Both the position numbers and the translations under genes were made by a program. A DNA stretch of 64,000 nucleotides from a candidate division WOR-3 bacterium (GTDB lineage Bacteria > Hydrothermota > Tepidihabitantia > Tepidihabitantales > Tepidihabitantaceae). The DNA is taken from the NCBI GenBank assembly GCA_965649225.1, contig CBFGJX010000002.1:18625-82624 (forward strand), written 5' to 3'. Positions 18,297 to 27,348 of this stretch are shown one piece after another. Position 1 is the first letter of the stretch, and each line of letters opens with the position of its first letter. Under the pieces are notes generated by a model. The model was not told the origin of the DNA, did no database searches, and saw only the letters and a program-made list of their open reading frames with translations.

Positions 18297-19577
18297 CTAG
18301 ACGCGTTCTCCGGCCGCCACGTCAAAGAACACCAGTCCCGACACCAGCTTGGGATAGAAATCGGTTGACTTCTGAGGCATGCGTTCGCCCTGTTCAGCAA
18401 CACGATTTACCTGTTCGGCCCGGGTAGGATTCAGAAGAAGAGCGACCTGGCATTTTGAGGAATCGACCTTGGCCATTGCTGCTTCGATGCCGCGTTCGTA
18501 GGCGACGTGATCCTCAACCCCTTCGGCTGGTACGCCAAATACCCGGTCAATGATTAGAGTATGTAACACCGCCACGTCCAGTTCGCGGTAGTCGTCCGAT
18601 CGGTCAGGCAAGGCTGCCTGCATCGCCGCTTTGTTTTTCAGGCGCAGGAGGAAAGTTTTGCCCTTGCCCGCGTAGAGTCCGAATGCATGCTCGCCCGGAC
18701 TGGCTGCACAGAATAGTTCGGATTCGACTTGGACAGCATCGATTGGAGTCACCGCAAACTGGTCGGCCAGTTTTGCAAGTGCCCGGTCAAGATTGAAGTC
18801 AGCCAGTCCGTGCAAAAGTCGGTGGGTAGGCAGAATTACCAAGCCCGGGTCATTGATGTTGATGAACGCCGTGGTCTTGAAGCGCAGAGCCGCATCTTCG
18901 GGTACGGTGATAGCGGCTTCGCGTTCCTTGCGGTAATTGAGCGCGGTTTCGTATCGGTGATGGCCGTCGGCAATCAACATCTTCTTGTCGGCGAGAAAGT
19001 CACGTACCGCACGCAGCTTTGCCGGGTCGGTCACAGCCCAGACTTTCTGGGTTACACCGTAGTCATCAGTTGCTTGCATCAAGGGCGGGCCGGAGGGCTC
19101 AAGGGTGCGGTCGACAATGCCGTCCGGGTCAGGATAGAGCAGAAAGATCTGCTCGAAGTCCTTTTCGGTCGCACGCAACAGGTTGAGCCGGTCGGCCTTG
19201 GGTTTGGACAGTGTACGTTCGTGGGGTAGTACCGACCCCGAACCGAATTCCTCAACCCTCACAACGCCGATGAAACCGCGGCGCAGATACTGCTTCTGGT
19301 TGAGTTCAAACAGCTGGTGGATAACATAGAAAGCCGGCTGCTCGTCTCGAATCAGTGTGCCGTCAGCTAGCCAGTGTTGCAGTGTCTTCTTCGATTCGGC
19401 GTAAGGATCACTAGCCCGGGCAAGAATCAGCCGCACAAAGGACAGCGGATCCCGGTCGTAGTAAGCAGCCTGCATTTCCGGCGTTATCTTGTCATAGGGC
19501 TGGGTGATGACGCGCGACAGGTCAGAGACCTTCAGCGGGTTATAACGGATTCCTCGAAACGGTCTTACATCAGCCAT
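18297..19577 (-). CDS. DUF1015 family protein
   Basis: VRPFRG.RY, PYDKI, PHE.TL..PKADR, IADGHHRY, PTHR, MPQKSTDFYPK. Confidence 0.88.
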   Translation of the reverse strand: MADVRPFRGIRYNPLKVSDLSRVITQPYDKITPEMQAAYYDRDPLSFVRLILARASDPYAESKKTLQHWLADGTLIRDEQPAFYVIHQLFELNQKQYLRRGFIGVVRVEEFGSGSVLPHERTLSKPKADRLNLLRATEKDFEQIFLLYPDPDGIVDRTLEPSGPPLMQATDDYGVTQKVWAVTDPAKLRAVRDFLADKKMLIADGHHRYETALNYRKEREAAITVPEDAALRFKTTAFININDPGLVILPTHRLLHGLADFNLDRALAKLADQFAVTPIDAVQVESELFCAASPGEHAFGLYAGKGKTFLLRLKNKAAMQAALPDRSDDYRELDVAVLHTLIIDRVFGVPAEGVEDHVAYERGIEAAMAKVDSSKCQVALLLNPTRAEQVNRVAEQGERMPQKSTDFYPKLVSGLVFFDVAAGERV

Positions 19578-19583
19578 CTCGCC

Positions 19584-20486
19584 CTACCTCCCGAGCAGCG
19601 CTTTGCGGACTTCTTCGGCGATTGCGATGCCGGCACGCTCTTGTCCCTCTCGGGTCTGAGCACCGATGTGGGGGGTGCCAATGACATTAGGCAGCTCGTA
19701 CAGCCGGAAGTCCTGCAGGGGTTCGGTCTCATATACGTCAAGCGCCGCCATCGCTACGTGGCCCGACTTGAGCGCTTCGTAGAGTGCGGCCTCGTCGATG
19801 ATTCCACCGCGGGCGCAATTGATGATGATGACGCCTCGTTTCATTTGGGCGATTGTTTCCGCATTGATCATGTGGGTTGTTTCCGGCGTCTTGGGGACGT
19901 GCAGCGAGATGTAATCCGCCTGCTTAAGCAGTTCCGGCAACTGGCAGAGCTGGCCGAACTGGCATTCTTTGATATATGGATCAAGCACCATCACGCTCAT
20001 GCCCATGGCGACGGCCCGCTTGGCGAGCTCGGAGCCAATCCGACCGGAACCAATCAGTCCCAGCGTCTTGCCGTAGAGCTCGGTTCCCTTGAAGGCTTTC
20101 TTTTCCCACTTCTTCTCGCGCAGACTCTGGGTCGCCTGAGGGATTGAACGCGCGCAGCACAGCATCAGGCCGAGTGCCAGCTCGGCGACCGAGATTGAGG
20201 TAGCGGTCGGCGTGTTGACAACCTTGATTCCGCGTGCATCCGCGGCCTTCTTGTCGACGTTATCCAGACCGACGCCGGCGCGGCCGATTACCTTCAGGTT
20301 TGTGCCGGCATTGATGACATCGGCGGTCACCTTGGTGGCGCTGCGGACGATTATCGCGTCATAGGCCGGGATGGCCTTGATCAGCTCTTCGGCAGGCAGG
20401 CCGGGACGCTCATCAACCTCGATGCCCGCTTCACGCAACATTTGAACACCACTTGGTGCAATCGGGTCAGTTACTATGACTTTCAA
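19584..20486 (-). CDS. serA: D-3-phosphoglycerate dehydrogenase-like D-2-hydroxyacid dehydrogenase (no ACT domain)
   Basis: VRSATKV, GRAGVGLDNVD, G.G.IG, INCARG, ALDVY..EP, TPHIGAQT. TTG start with SD GGAGG. Confidence 0.8.
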   Translation of the reverse strand: MKVIVTDPIAPSGVQMLREAGIEVDERPGLPAEELIKAIPAYDAIIVRSATKVTADVINAGTNLKVIGRAGVGLDNVDKKAADARGIKVVNTPTATSISVAELALGLMLCCARSIPQATQSLREKKWEKKAFKGTELYGKTLGLIGSGRIGSELAKRAVAMGMSVMVLDPYIKECQFGQLCQLPELLKQADYISLHVPKTPETTHMINAETIAQMKRGVIIINCARGGIIDEAALYEALKSGHVAMAALDVYETEPLQDFRLYELPNVIGTPHIGAQTREGQERAGIAIAEEVRKALLGR

Positions 20487-20586
20487 GGTATCCTCCGAGG
20501 GTTGTTTTCTTACGGCTGTGGCAATGGTAGTTGATTGGCAGGGCAAGTCAACCCGATTGTCCGAACTGATGGGTTACTTGACAGAA

Positions 20587-20614
20587 CGCCGGGGGCGATT
20601 CTCGCGCCCCCGGC
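20587..20614 (-). terminator. Rho-independent terminator-like hairpin after the lipoprotein gene
   Basis: CGCCGGGGGCG-attctcg-CGCCCCCGGCG, followed by TTCTGT on the minus strand. Confidence 0.6.
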
Positions 20615-20630
20615 GCCCGTGACGATTCAA

Positions 20631-21344
20631 TTAGTTCACGTTTACCGAAACCGAGATGTCGAAGGTTCCTCCGTCCCACGTTCCTTGGAAGCGCAGGATG
20701 TGGTTGCCGGCAGGCATTGGCAAGCCGCCCATGTTCCAGCCGTCAGAGGTGTAAGTCTGACCGCCGGTTTTGGGCCCAACCTGCCGGCTGTCTTCGTATT
20801 CGACTCCGGGCTCGTCGGGGAAGACAACGGAGAAGCGGGTAATCGTCATGTCATAGTTGGGAGTGTAGGAGAAGTTGGTTATGGTTCCGCCCTGGGTGCG
20901 TGACCCGGATGCCGTTATCTTGAGTTCTCGGTAGATGAGCATCACGATTTCGCCAACATCGGTGGTCTTGCCATCAATGACTGTAACCTGGCTGCCACCA
21001 TAACCTGGACGGTAGGTGCCGCCGTGGATACCGACGATGTCACGGTCACTGATCACGCCGTCCCCGTTGAGGTCTTTCCATGCCAGCAGGTAGTAGTAGC
21101 CAGGCAGAACATCTTCGAACTCGAACGGTGACCTGACCGTGTTGCCGGGTTGTGATGCTACTTCCTTGACGGGGTTGCCGGTTAGGTCTGAGGAGACAAA
21201 GAGCTGCACCCGGCAGTTTGTTACATCACCGGTCTGACCGGTTTGCAGGATCAGGGTCCCGGTCAGCTTTGTCGGTCGGTCGCAGCTGAACAGCAGCACA
21301 ATCGCCGCAGCAGCGGTCGCGAGCCGGTAGAACGTCCTCATCAC
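20631..21344 (-). CDS. Hypothetical lipoprotein with beta-sandwich domains
   Basis: Lipobox LLFSC, PGYYYLLAWKDLNGDG (Ca-loop-like), SD AAAGGAG, own promoter and terminator. Confidence 0.8.
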   Translation of the reverse strand: MMRTFYRLATAAAAIVLLFSCDRPTKLTGTLILQTGQTGDVTNCRVQLFVSSDLTGNPVKEVASQPGNTVRSPFEFEDVLPGYYYLLAWKDLNGDGVISDRDIVGIHGGTYRPGYGGSQVTVIDGKTTDVGEIVMLIYRELKITASGSRTQGGTITNFSYTPNYDMTITRFSVVFPDEPGVEYEDSRQVGPKTGGQTYTSDGWNMGGLPMPAGNHILRFQGTWDGGTFDISVSVNVN

Positions 21345-21516
21345 GTTTTCTCCTTTCGGTCTGCCTCGTTCAATGGCCCAACTGACAGCCTGTAACAGCT
21401 ATCGAGACTGGCTGTCAGATGGATATTATTCTAAGCCGTTCATCCGTCAAGGGGCGCGTCGTTCAAAACAGCGCTGGCGCTTGACTTGATGAATGTTTGC
21501 CGTAGGCTTGCTTCTA

Positions 21517-21579
21517 ATGGAGAGATGTCCGCATAACCGCAATTCCGAGTCTGACCTGCTCCATTTCCCTGGAATCTGA
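21517..21579 (+). CDS. Putative leaderless 20-aa upstream ORF (MERCPHNRNSESDLLHFPGI)
   Basis: ATG lies 8 nt after the -10 box TAGGCT, and its TGA overlaps the ATG of the TPR gene (TGATG). Confidence 0.35.
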   Translation: MERCPHNRNSESDLLHFPGI

Positions 21580-23552
21580 TGCTTCTGGCCCTTGCCACTG
21601 TCTTTCTCCTCGTCGGAGCTGTTACAGTGTCGTTCTGGCTTGGGCGCCGTTCGCTGAAAAAGACCGTCAGGCTGCTGGAGGCCAGAGTATGGCGGCTGCA
21701 GTCGGAGGTCAACCGGCGCTACCTCGAACGACTGGCTCCGATGCAGCGACGACTCGGTTGTCTGTATCTGAACGGACTGCCTGCCGCCAGTTCTGCCAGC
21801 ATCACCGAGGGCTTTGAAGCCGGCGTCCGTTATGCGGCTCAGGCGGCTTGGGACAGGGCGCTGACCCGCTGGAGCACACTGTTGCCAAAAGCTGAGAAAT
21901 CCGAGGGCATTGCGTTGCAGTTTCTTTGCGCCGGCTGCGAGGTTCTGCTCGGACGGCTCGAAGCTGCCGCCGGTAGGCTGGCAGCAGCGTTTGAACTGGC
22001 GTCGGGTGATTCTCGTGGTGCGGCGGCGTGCGCATTTGCGCTCGGCAAAATAAAGCTGGAACTCCACCAGAAGGATGAGGCCCGGGAGCGCCTTGCAACC
22101 GCCCTCGCGCTGGCCGAGACTGCTGGCGACAAGGCGCTGCTGGCCGAGTCTTCGACACTGCTGGCGGAGCTAGAGGCGGAGAGGGGGTTGGCCGATCGGG
22201 CGACCGAGCTGCACCGCCGGGCGCTGAGAATCCGTGAGGAGCTGCGTGATACTGCCGGGGCCGGTAGACAATACGGGGCAATCGGTCGATTGCTTGCGGC
22301 GCGTGGTCAACTTGTCGCAGCCCGTGCTGCCTACGAGGATGGCCTTGAGCTTGCAAGGCGGGCCCGGGACCGTCTCGGAGAGGCCAACCAGCTCGTAGCA
22401 ATCGGTGTTCTGCTTTCGCAACAAAATGAGAGGCGCCGGGCGCTTGAGGTTCTGGATCGCGCCTTCGCTCTCTACGAGGAAATCCGAAACTGGCACGGTG
22501 CGGCTGCCGCGGCCTATGAGATCGGCCGAGTGCGCGAATCGATTGGTGATGACGATTCGGCGATTGAGTACTTTGAGCGCTCGCTGCAGTTTGCCCGTCA
22601 GATACATGACGAAGGACTGATTGCTTTGGCCGAGTCGGCGATTGCACGCGGCTGTGCCCGTCACGGGGCGTATGACCGTGCACTTGAGCTGCTTTACGAT
22701 TCGTCACGACTGCATCGGCTTGGGGGACGGACCTCTGCTGCTGCCAGTGATCTGGCGGTGATCGCCCGGATTCGGGGTCAGCTGCACGACGTCACTGAGG
22801 CGTTGAACTGTCTTGGACAGGCGCGCCAGCTTTTTGATGAAGCCGGCGACAGACCCGGAGCGATTCAATGTCTGATTGATGAAGGTGAACTGGTCATGCG
22901 ATCAGAACCGGAACGGGCGCTGCGGTGCACAGAAGAAGCCCTACGGCTGGCGCATGAGCTTGGACGGCGTGATCTGGAGGCCGGTGCGTTGTCTGTGCAG
23001 GCCCGTATTCAGACGGCTCTGGGTGAGCTTCGGGCAGCGGCCGCGTCGTATCGGGCGGCAATCGCAATCCGTGCTCAGTTGGGCGATGAGCGCAGTCTCG
23101 TTGAAGATGAGGTCGCTTATGCGTCGGTCAGTCGACAACTGGGTGACCTGACGGAGGCTGAACGCTGTCTGGGGCACGCCTTGGGCCGTGCTCAAGCCGC
23201 GGGCGACGAGCTCGCTCAGGCGGAGGTCCTGCTGGCGACGGGTGAGGTCCACTTGGCCGCGGATCGCGCCGCCGCCGCCAGAGATGTCTTTCGCCAGGCG
23301 TTGCATTTACTTATGGGCACCAGCCGGACCGATCTTGAAGCCTCGGCACTGCATTGCCTTGGCCGGGCGTTGTTCGAAACCGGCGAGACTCAGGAGGCCC
23401 GGCGATGTTTAGAACTAGCGCTCAAGGCTTACGGACGGCTTGGCTCCCGCGAGGCGATGGAAGAAGTTTCCCGCACGTTGAGCCTTATGCCAGCTCCGGA
23501 AAAGGGCACGGTTCAGATTGTCGACCGGGAGGCTGACCCGGGCCGCAATTGA
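21579..23552 (+). CDS. Membrane-anchored tetratricopeptide repeat protein
   Basis: N-terminal TM helix followed by many Ala/Leu-rich TPR-like helical repeats (e.g. AIEYFERSLQFAR). Confidence 0.85.
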   Translation: MLLALATVFLLVGAVTVSFWLGRRSLKKTVRLLEARVWRLQSEVNRRYLERLAPMQRRLGCLYLNGLPAASSASITEGFEAGVRYAAQAAWDRALTRWSTLLPKAEKSEGIALQFLCAGCEVLLGRLEAAAGRLAAAFELASGDSRGAAACAFALGKIKLELHQKDEARERLATALALAETAGDKALLAESSTLLAELEAERGLADRATELHRRALRIREELRDTAGAGRQYGAIGRLLAARGQLVAARAAYEDGLELARRARDRLGEANQLVAIGVLLSQQNERRRALEVLDRAFALYEEIRNWHGAAAAAYEIGRVRESIGDDDSAIEYFERSLQFARQIHDEGLIALAESAIARGCARHGAYDRALELLYDSSRLHRLGGRTSAAASDLAVIARIRGQLHDVTEALNCLGQARQLFDEAGDRPGAIQCLIDEGELVMRSEPERALRCTEEALRLAHELGRRDLEAGALSVQARIQTALGELRAAAASYRAAIAIRAQLGDERSLVEDEVAYASVSRQLGDLTEAERCLGHALGRAQAAGDELAQAEVLLATGEVHLAADRAAAARDVFRQALHLLMGTSRTDLEASALHCLGRALFETGETQEARRCLELALKAYGRLGSREAMEEVSRTLSLMPAPEKGTVQIVDREADPGRN

Positions 23553-23584
23553 CAGATTGCTTCTGGTTACTAGAATGCGGTCGA

Positions 23585-23658
23585 GGGCGATTAGCTCAGT
23601 TGGTTAGAGCGCTGGTCTCACATACCAGAGGTCACAAGTTCAACTCTTGTATCGCCCA
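23585..23658 (+). tRNA. tRNA-Val(CAC)
   Basis: GGGCGAT...ATCGCCC acceptor stem, anticodon arm CTGGT-CTCACAT-ACCAG, promoter TTGACA-N16-TAGAAT. Confidence 0.95.
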
Positions 23659-23684
23659 TAGAAACTGCGGGGCGGTTGCCTGTT

Positions 23685-24173
23685 CTACCCGCGTCGCTTG
23701 ATGGGTACGGTGCGGTTGCCCTGCCAGCTGTAACCCATTTGACGTCGATAGCGACGACGCTGCAAATCACTGAACTTGAGCCGGTCGCAGGCCTCCTCGA
23801 AGGAAACGCCTTTCTTCAAAAGCTCCCGTAGCGCCTGCTGACGCATCATCCGTTGCACCCTGCCGGCCGGTTCGAGTTTCGGTCTCACCCGCCTGATCGC
23901 CTCGCGAACATGATAGTCGCTGACCCCGTACTTGGCGCCGATAGCGGTCAATGACATGCCGCGATCGTGCAATCTGGCCATTGCTTCACAGACGCCGACA
24001 GAAATCGTTCGGTGCCAGGCACGGATGCGCTTGCCGGGTTTCAGTTTCAGTCGGGGCATGAGCTGTCTGATTCTTTCCCGTGACACTCCTACTGCCCGGG
24101 CCAGATCAGCCTGCGTCATGTTGTGAACAGCCTTGCCGAGTTTGTTGATCTTTTCAATTGCGGTCAAAGGCAT
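23685..24173 (-). CDS. Small basic multi-helix-turn-helix DNA-binding protein
   Basis: TQADLARAVGVSRERIRQL and SLTAIGAKYGVSDYHVREAI HTH motifs. SD AAAGGA before ATG 24173. Confidence 0.75.
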   Translation of the reverse strand: MPLTAIEKINKLGKAVHNMTQADLARAVGVSRERIRQLMPRLKLKPGKRIRAWHRTISVGVCEAMARLHDRGMSLTAIGAKYGVSDYHVREAIRRVRPKLEPAGRVQRMMRQQALRELLKKGVSFEEACDRLKFSDLQRRRYRRQMGYSWQGNRTVPIKRRG

Positions 24174-24227
24174 GGGATATCCTTTCATTTGAAGGACTAT
24201 CAGTGTTCCTGTACGAGTTGCTGTTCA

Positions 24228-25802
24228 TTATCTGGGGAGCTGTGCCTTGAGGACGGTCATCCGGTTGCCGCTGCGGCACGATAGAAAGACCGTACCTTGT
24301 GCCTGGACCAGCTTGGCCAGAGCGACAGATTCGCCTGCTCTCATGACAACTGCTGAGCAAAGCCGGCCAGCAGCGTCGTAGCTCCTTACCGAAAGTTGGC
24401 CGGTGAGATTCGGGTCGGCAAATAGCCGGGCGGAACGGATGGTTGCCAACGGACGGGCGCCGAGGCCCGTGGGGGAGGGCTCGCACGCCCAGACTCTCGG
24501 GGCTGAGAGACAATAGACATGGTCGGTCATCCGTCCCTGGTCCTGCAGCCCAACGAGCACCTCCGGGCGTCCATCGCCATCAAGATCGCAGGCCCCCGTT
24601 ACGTCGTAAACGCGTTCCGAGAAGTCGTAATACCAGAGTGCCTGGCCATTGCTGCCACTGAAAACCCGCACCGAGCCGTTGCCGTTGCCAAGGCAGCCTG
24701 CGACTACCTCAGGAAGTCCATCACCAGATATGTCAGCCAGCGTGTCAACCGCCCAGACGTCGGCACCGACAGCGCCGGACCACAGCGTTGCCCCGGTGGC
24801 GCCGGATAACACGTGAACATTGCTGTCCCAGGAGCCGACGACAACGTCGTCGATACTGTCACCGTTGACGTCGCGGATCGGCACCACTTCCATGACGACT
24901 CGGTTGCCAGCGGGTTGGACCTGCCAGACTTGGGCGCCGCTGGCTCCTTCCAGGCAGTACACCTTGTAGTCCCAGCCACCCCCAATGCAGTCGTCGATTC
25001 CGGAACGATTGACATCCCGGATGCGTTCGACGTCGGACACCGAACCGCCGCGCTGGGATGACCAGAGCTGGGCGCCGTTGAGACCGCTTACGCAGTAAAC
25101 GTTGTTGTCGAGGCTGTTGCCGCCGGCGGCGACGAGGACATCAGGAACAAGATCGCGGTTGATGTCGACGAAGGGTGCAACGCTCTGGCAGCCGTCAAGC
25201 GGGACGCGAAAAGTCCAGATCGTTGCTCCCCGGCGGCCGGAAATCAGCACGACGTGGCCAGACCGGTCTTCGACGATACCGCCCGTGCCGCCGAGTGCTT
25301 CCGGCACCGAGTCGCGGTCAATATCAACAAAGCTGCGTACCGTATAGACCCAGCCCCAGGTGTCGCCCGGGTATGGCGAGTTGACCCAGATGTTGGTGCC
25401 ATCAAGACCGCTGACCGCAACGATCGACCGGCCAGGCGGAATGTAGGTGCCGGCGGTGCCGAGGAGAACGTCGCCGCGACCGTCGCCATTGAGGTCAGGC
25501 GAGGCATCGAGACCTTTGTTGCCCCAGGTGCCGTAGGCACTCCGACTGACCCAGATGGTATCGCCGTCAGCGCCTGAAAGACAGTACAGTTTGCGCGGAT
25601 CAGAAGGGTAGGCGCCATAGTAGGTGGCGGCGACGACCTCGGGTCGGTTATCGCCGTTGATGTCCGGTATCGTTACCAGCGAGTAGATGCCGTCGTTGCC
25701 TTCAAATGACCACAGCACCTCTCCCTGCGGCTGAGCGCTGACAAAGCAAAAGCAAAACAGGATGCCGCCAAGGACAGCGGCGGGCTTCATTGCAGTATCC
25801 AT
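24228..25802 (-). CDS. Secreted FG-GAP/PQQ-like beta-propeller protein with degenerate CTD
   Basis: Repeated DxNGDxxxDV loops and CLSGxxGxxxW blades, ending ...YDAAGRL.... Confidence 0.85.
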   Translation of the reverse strand: MDTAMKPAAVLGGILFCFCFVSAQPQGEVLWSFEGNDGIYSLVTIPDINGDNRPEVVAATYYGAYPSDPRKLYCLSGADGDTIWVSRSAYGTWGNKGLDASPDLNGDGRGDVLLGTAGTYIPPGRSIVAVSGLDGTNIWVNSPYPGDTWGWVYTVRSFVDIDRDSVPEALGGTGGIVEDRSGHVVLISGRRGATIWTFRVPLDGCQSVAPFVDINRDLVPDVLVAAGGNSLDNNVYCVSGLNGAQLWSSQRGGSVSDVERIRDVNRSGIDDCIGGGWDYKVYCLEGASGAQVWQVQPAGNRVVMEVVPIRDVNGDSIDDVVVGSWDSNVHVLSGATGATLWSGAVGADVWAVDTLADISGDGLPEVVAGCLGNGNGSVRVFSGSNGQALWYYDFSERVYDVTGACDLDGDGRPEVLVGLQDQGRMTDHVYCLSAPRVWACEPSPTGLGARPLATIRSARLFADPNLTGQLSVRSYDAAGRLCSAVVMRAGESVALAKLVQAQGTVFLSCRSGNRMTVLKAQLPR

Positions 25803-25806
25803 CTTG

Positions 25807-26637
25807 TCATTGCGGGGTGATGGTGATCGGAGAGATGGCGCTGCCGTTCACAGTTCGCAGCAGCGCGAAGTACAGCCCGACCGGCAGCCGTCGGCCCGTC
25901 TGGTCGGTGCAGTCCCAGGTCAGACTACCGGAAGAACCAGCCAGTCGCCAGCTCCGGCGGACAGTTCCGGACGGGTCGTATATTGTCAATGACGCCGGCC
26001 GGTTGGCCAACGGTCCAAAAACCAGGGTGGCATAGCGATGAACTGGAACAGGCGCTATTCTTAGGACAGGTTGAATGCTGTGAGTCGGCGTCTCGGTCAC
26101 GGCCCCGGCCCCGGGGGAGAAGTCGGCATCGTCGATGTAGACCACCCCGCCGGCCGGCCCCCCGGTGAAGCCATAGATCCGTAGCAGGACGTTGGCAACT
26201 GCGGCATTGGCCGGTGCCGTGTCGGTCTTGCTGAGTAGCTGCCAGGTGTGAATCGCCGAATCAGTGTAAACCGTGCCGCTGTTTTCGATGAAAGTATCAC
26301 CAGCGGTACGCCAAGTGATGCTTAGCCCACCTCGCGCGTTGGGGTCGTCGTCATAATACCACGCCTGCAGGGTATAAACCTGACCGGGCGTGACGGCAAC
26401 ATTCTGCCGCAGACCATAGTTGTTACCCGTGCCGGTAACGAGCCGGGTAATTTTCGCCGAGAAGGACGGAGACCGGACCGGGTCACCGCATTGTTCGACT
26501 CTGGCCTTGGTTGTGTCTTCTGCCAGCCAACCAACCGGCTGGTATGGGCCGCTCCACTGGGACAGGTCGCCGTTTACCAGCAGATTCGCCACCGCAAGAC
26601 CGGACACCAGGGTTGCCGCTAACAAGATTCTGCGCAT
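25807..26637 (-). CDS. Secreted carbohydrate-binding-module-like protein with T9SS/FlgD-like CTD
   Basis: Signal peptide, NLLVNGD...GW, PGQVYTLQAW, VYIDD (galactose-binding-like jelly roll), C-terminal IYDPSG...WDCTDQTGRRLPVGLYF. Confidence 0.75.
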   Translation of the reverse strand: MRRILLAATLVSGLAVANLLVNGDLSQWSGPYQPVGWLAEDTTKARVEQCGDPVRSPSFSAKITRLVTGTGNNYGLRQNVAVTPGQVYTLQAWYYDDDPNARGGLSITWRTAGDTFIENSGTVYTDSAIHTWQLLSKTDTAPANAAVANVLLRIYGFTGGPAGGVVYIDDADFSPGAGAVTETPTHSIQPVLRIAPVPVHRYATLVFGPLANRPASLTIYDPSGTVRRSWRLAGSSGSLTWDCTDQTGRRLPVGLYFALLRTVNGSAISPITITPQ

Positions 26638-26676
26638 TAGGCTCCTCATTTCTCCGGCAAGACTCGCCGGCGAGCA

Positions 26677-26991
26677 TCAACCCGCGTGGATTTTGGAAAC
26701 AGCGATGCGGGTCAACGGCTGTCGATGACCTTTCTTGCGTCGATAGTTTTCTCGACGGATAAACTTGAAGCTTGTAACCTTGTCAGCACGCAGGTGATCG
26801 ACCACCTTCGCCTCAACGTATGCTGAACCCACGTGGGGGCGACCGAGTTTGAGTTCGGTATCGGTCTTGACCAGTAGAACCTTCTCGATTCGCAGATCGG
26901 TACCCGGTTCACCGGACAGACGCGGTACCACCAGCGTTTCACCTTCGTGGACAAGATATTGAAAACCCGATATTTCAACAACAGCGTACAT
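26677..26991 (-). CDS. rplU: 50S ribosomal protein L21
   Basis: MYAVVEISGFQY.V.EG...YRRKKGHRQPLT. Confidence 0.97.
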   Translation of the reverse strand: MYAVVEISGFQYLVHEGETLVVPRLSGEPGTDLRIEKVLLVKTDTELKLGRPHVGSAYVEAKVVDHLRADKVTSFKFIRRENYRRKKGHRQPLTRIAVSKIHAG

Positions 26992-26993
26992 GG

Positions 26994-27302
26994 CTATTCT
27001 CCTGTCGGTGTCGGTGTCACGGGCGACGAGCCGGATTGTTCGGCAGGCGCCGGGCGGCCGACGGTCCGCGGACGATTCTGGCGGGCAGAAAGCAGGACGA
27101 GCGTCAACGAAGTAATCATGAAAAGGATTGCAGCGCCGGCGGTGAGTTTGGTCATGAATGGAGCAGCACCGCCACCGCCAAAGACGCTTTCACCACCGCC
27201 GATGATTGATGCCATGCCGCCTTTCTGGGGCTGCTGGATCAGCACAATGAGTATCAGCAGAACAGCGACAAGCATGTGCAGAAAGATTACCACTCCGTAC
27301 AC
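26994..27302 (-). CDS. secG: Preprotein translocase subunit SecG
   Basis: VLIQ..QKGG.....GGG..VFG......FMTKLT. GTG start with SD AAAGGAG. Confidence 0.92.
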   Translation of the reverse strand: MYGVVIFLHMLVAVLLILIVLIQQPQKGGMASIIGGGESVFGGGGAAPFMTKLTAGAAILFMITSLTLVLLSARQNRPRTVGRPAPAEQSGSSPVTPTPTGE

Positions 27303-27348
27303 AGTTATTCTCCTTTGGTTGTCAAGACTAACACTGTAACTGGTGATG

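Noticed and set aside
23585-24227. tRNA-Val plus HTH gene as an integrated element
   Set aside because: No integrase, no duplicated tRNA 3' end (att) and no visible compositional shift.
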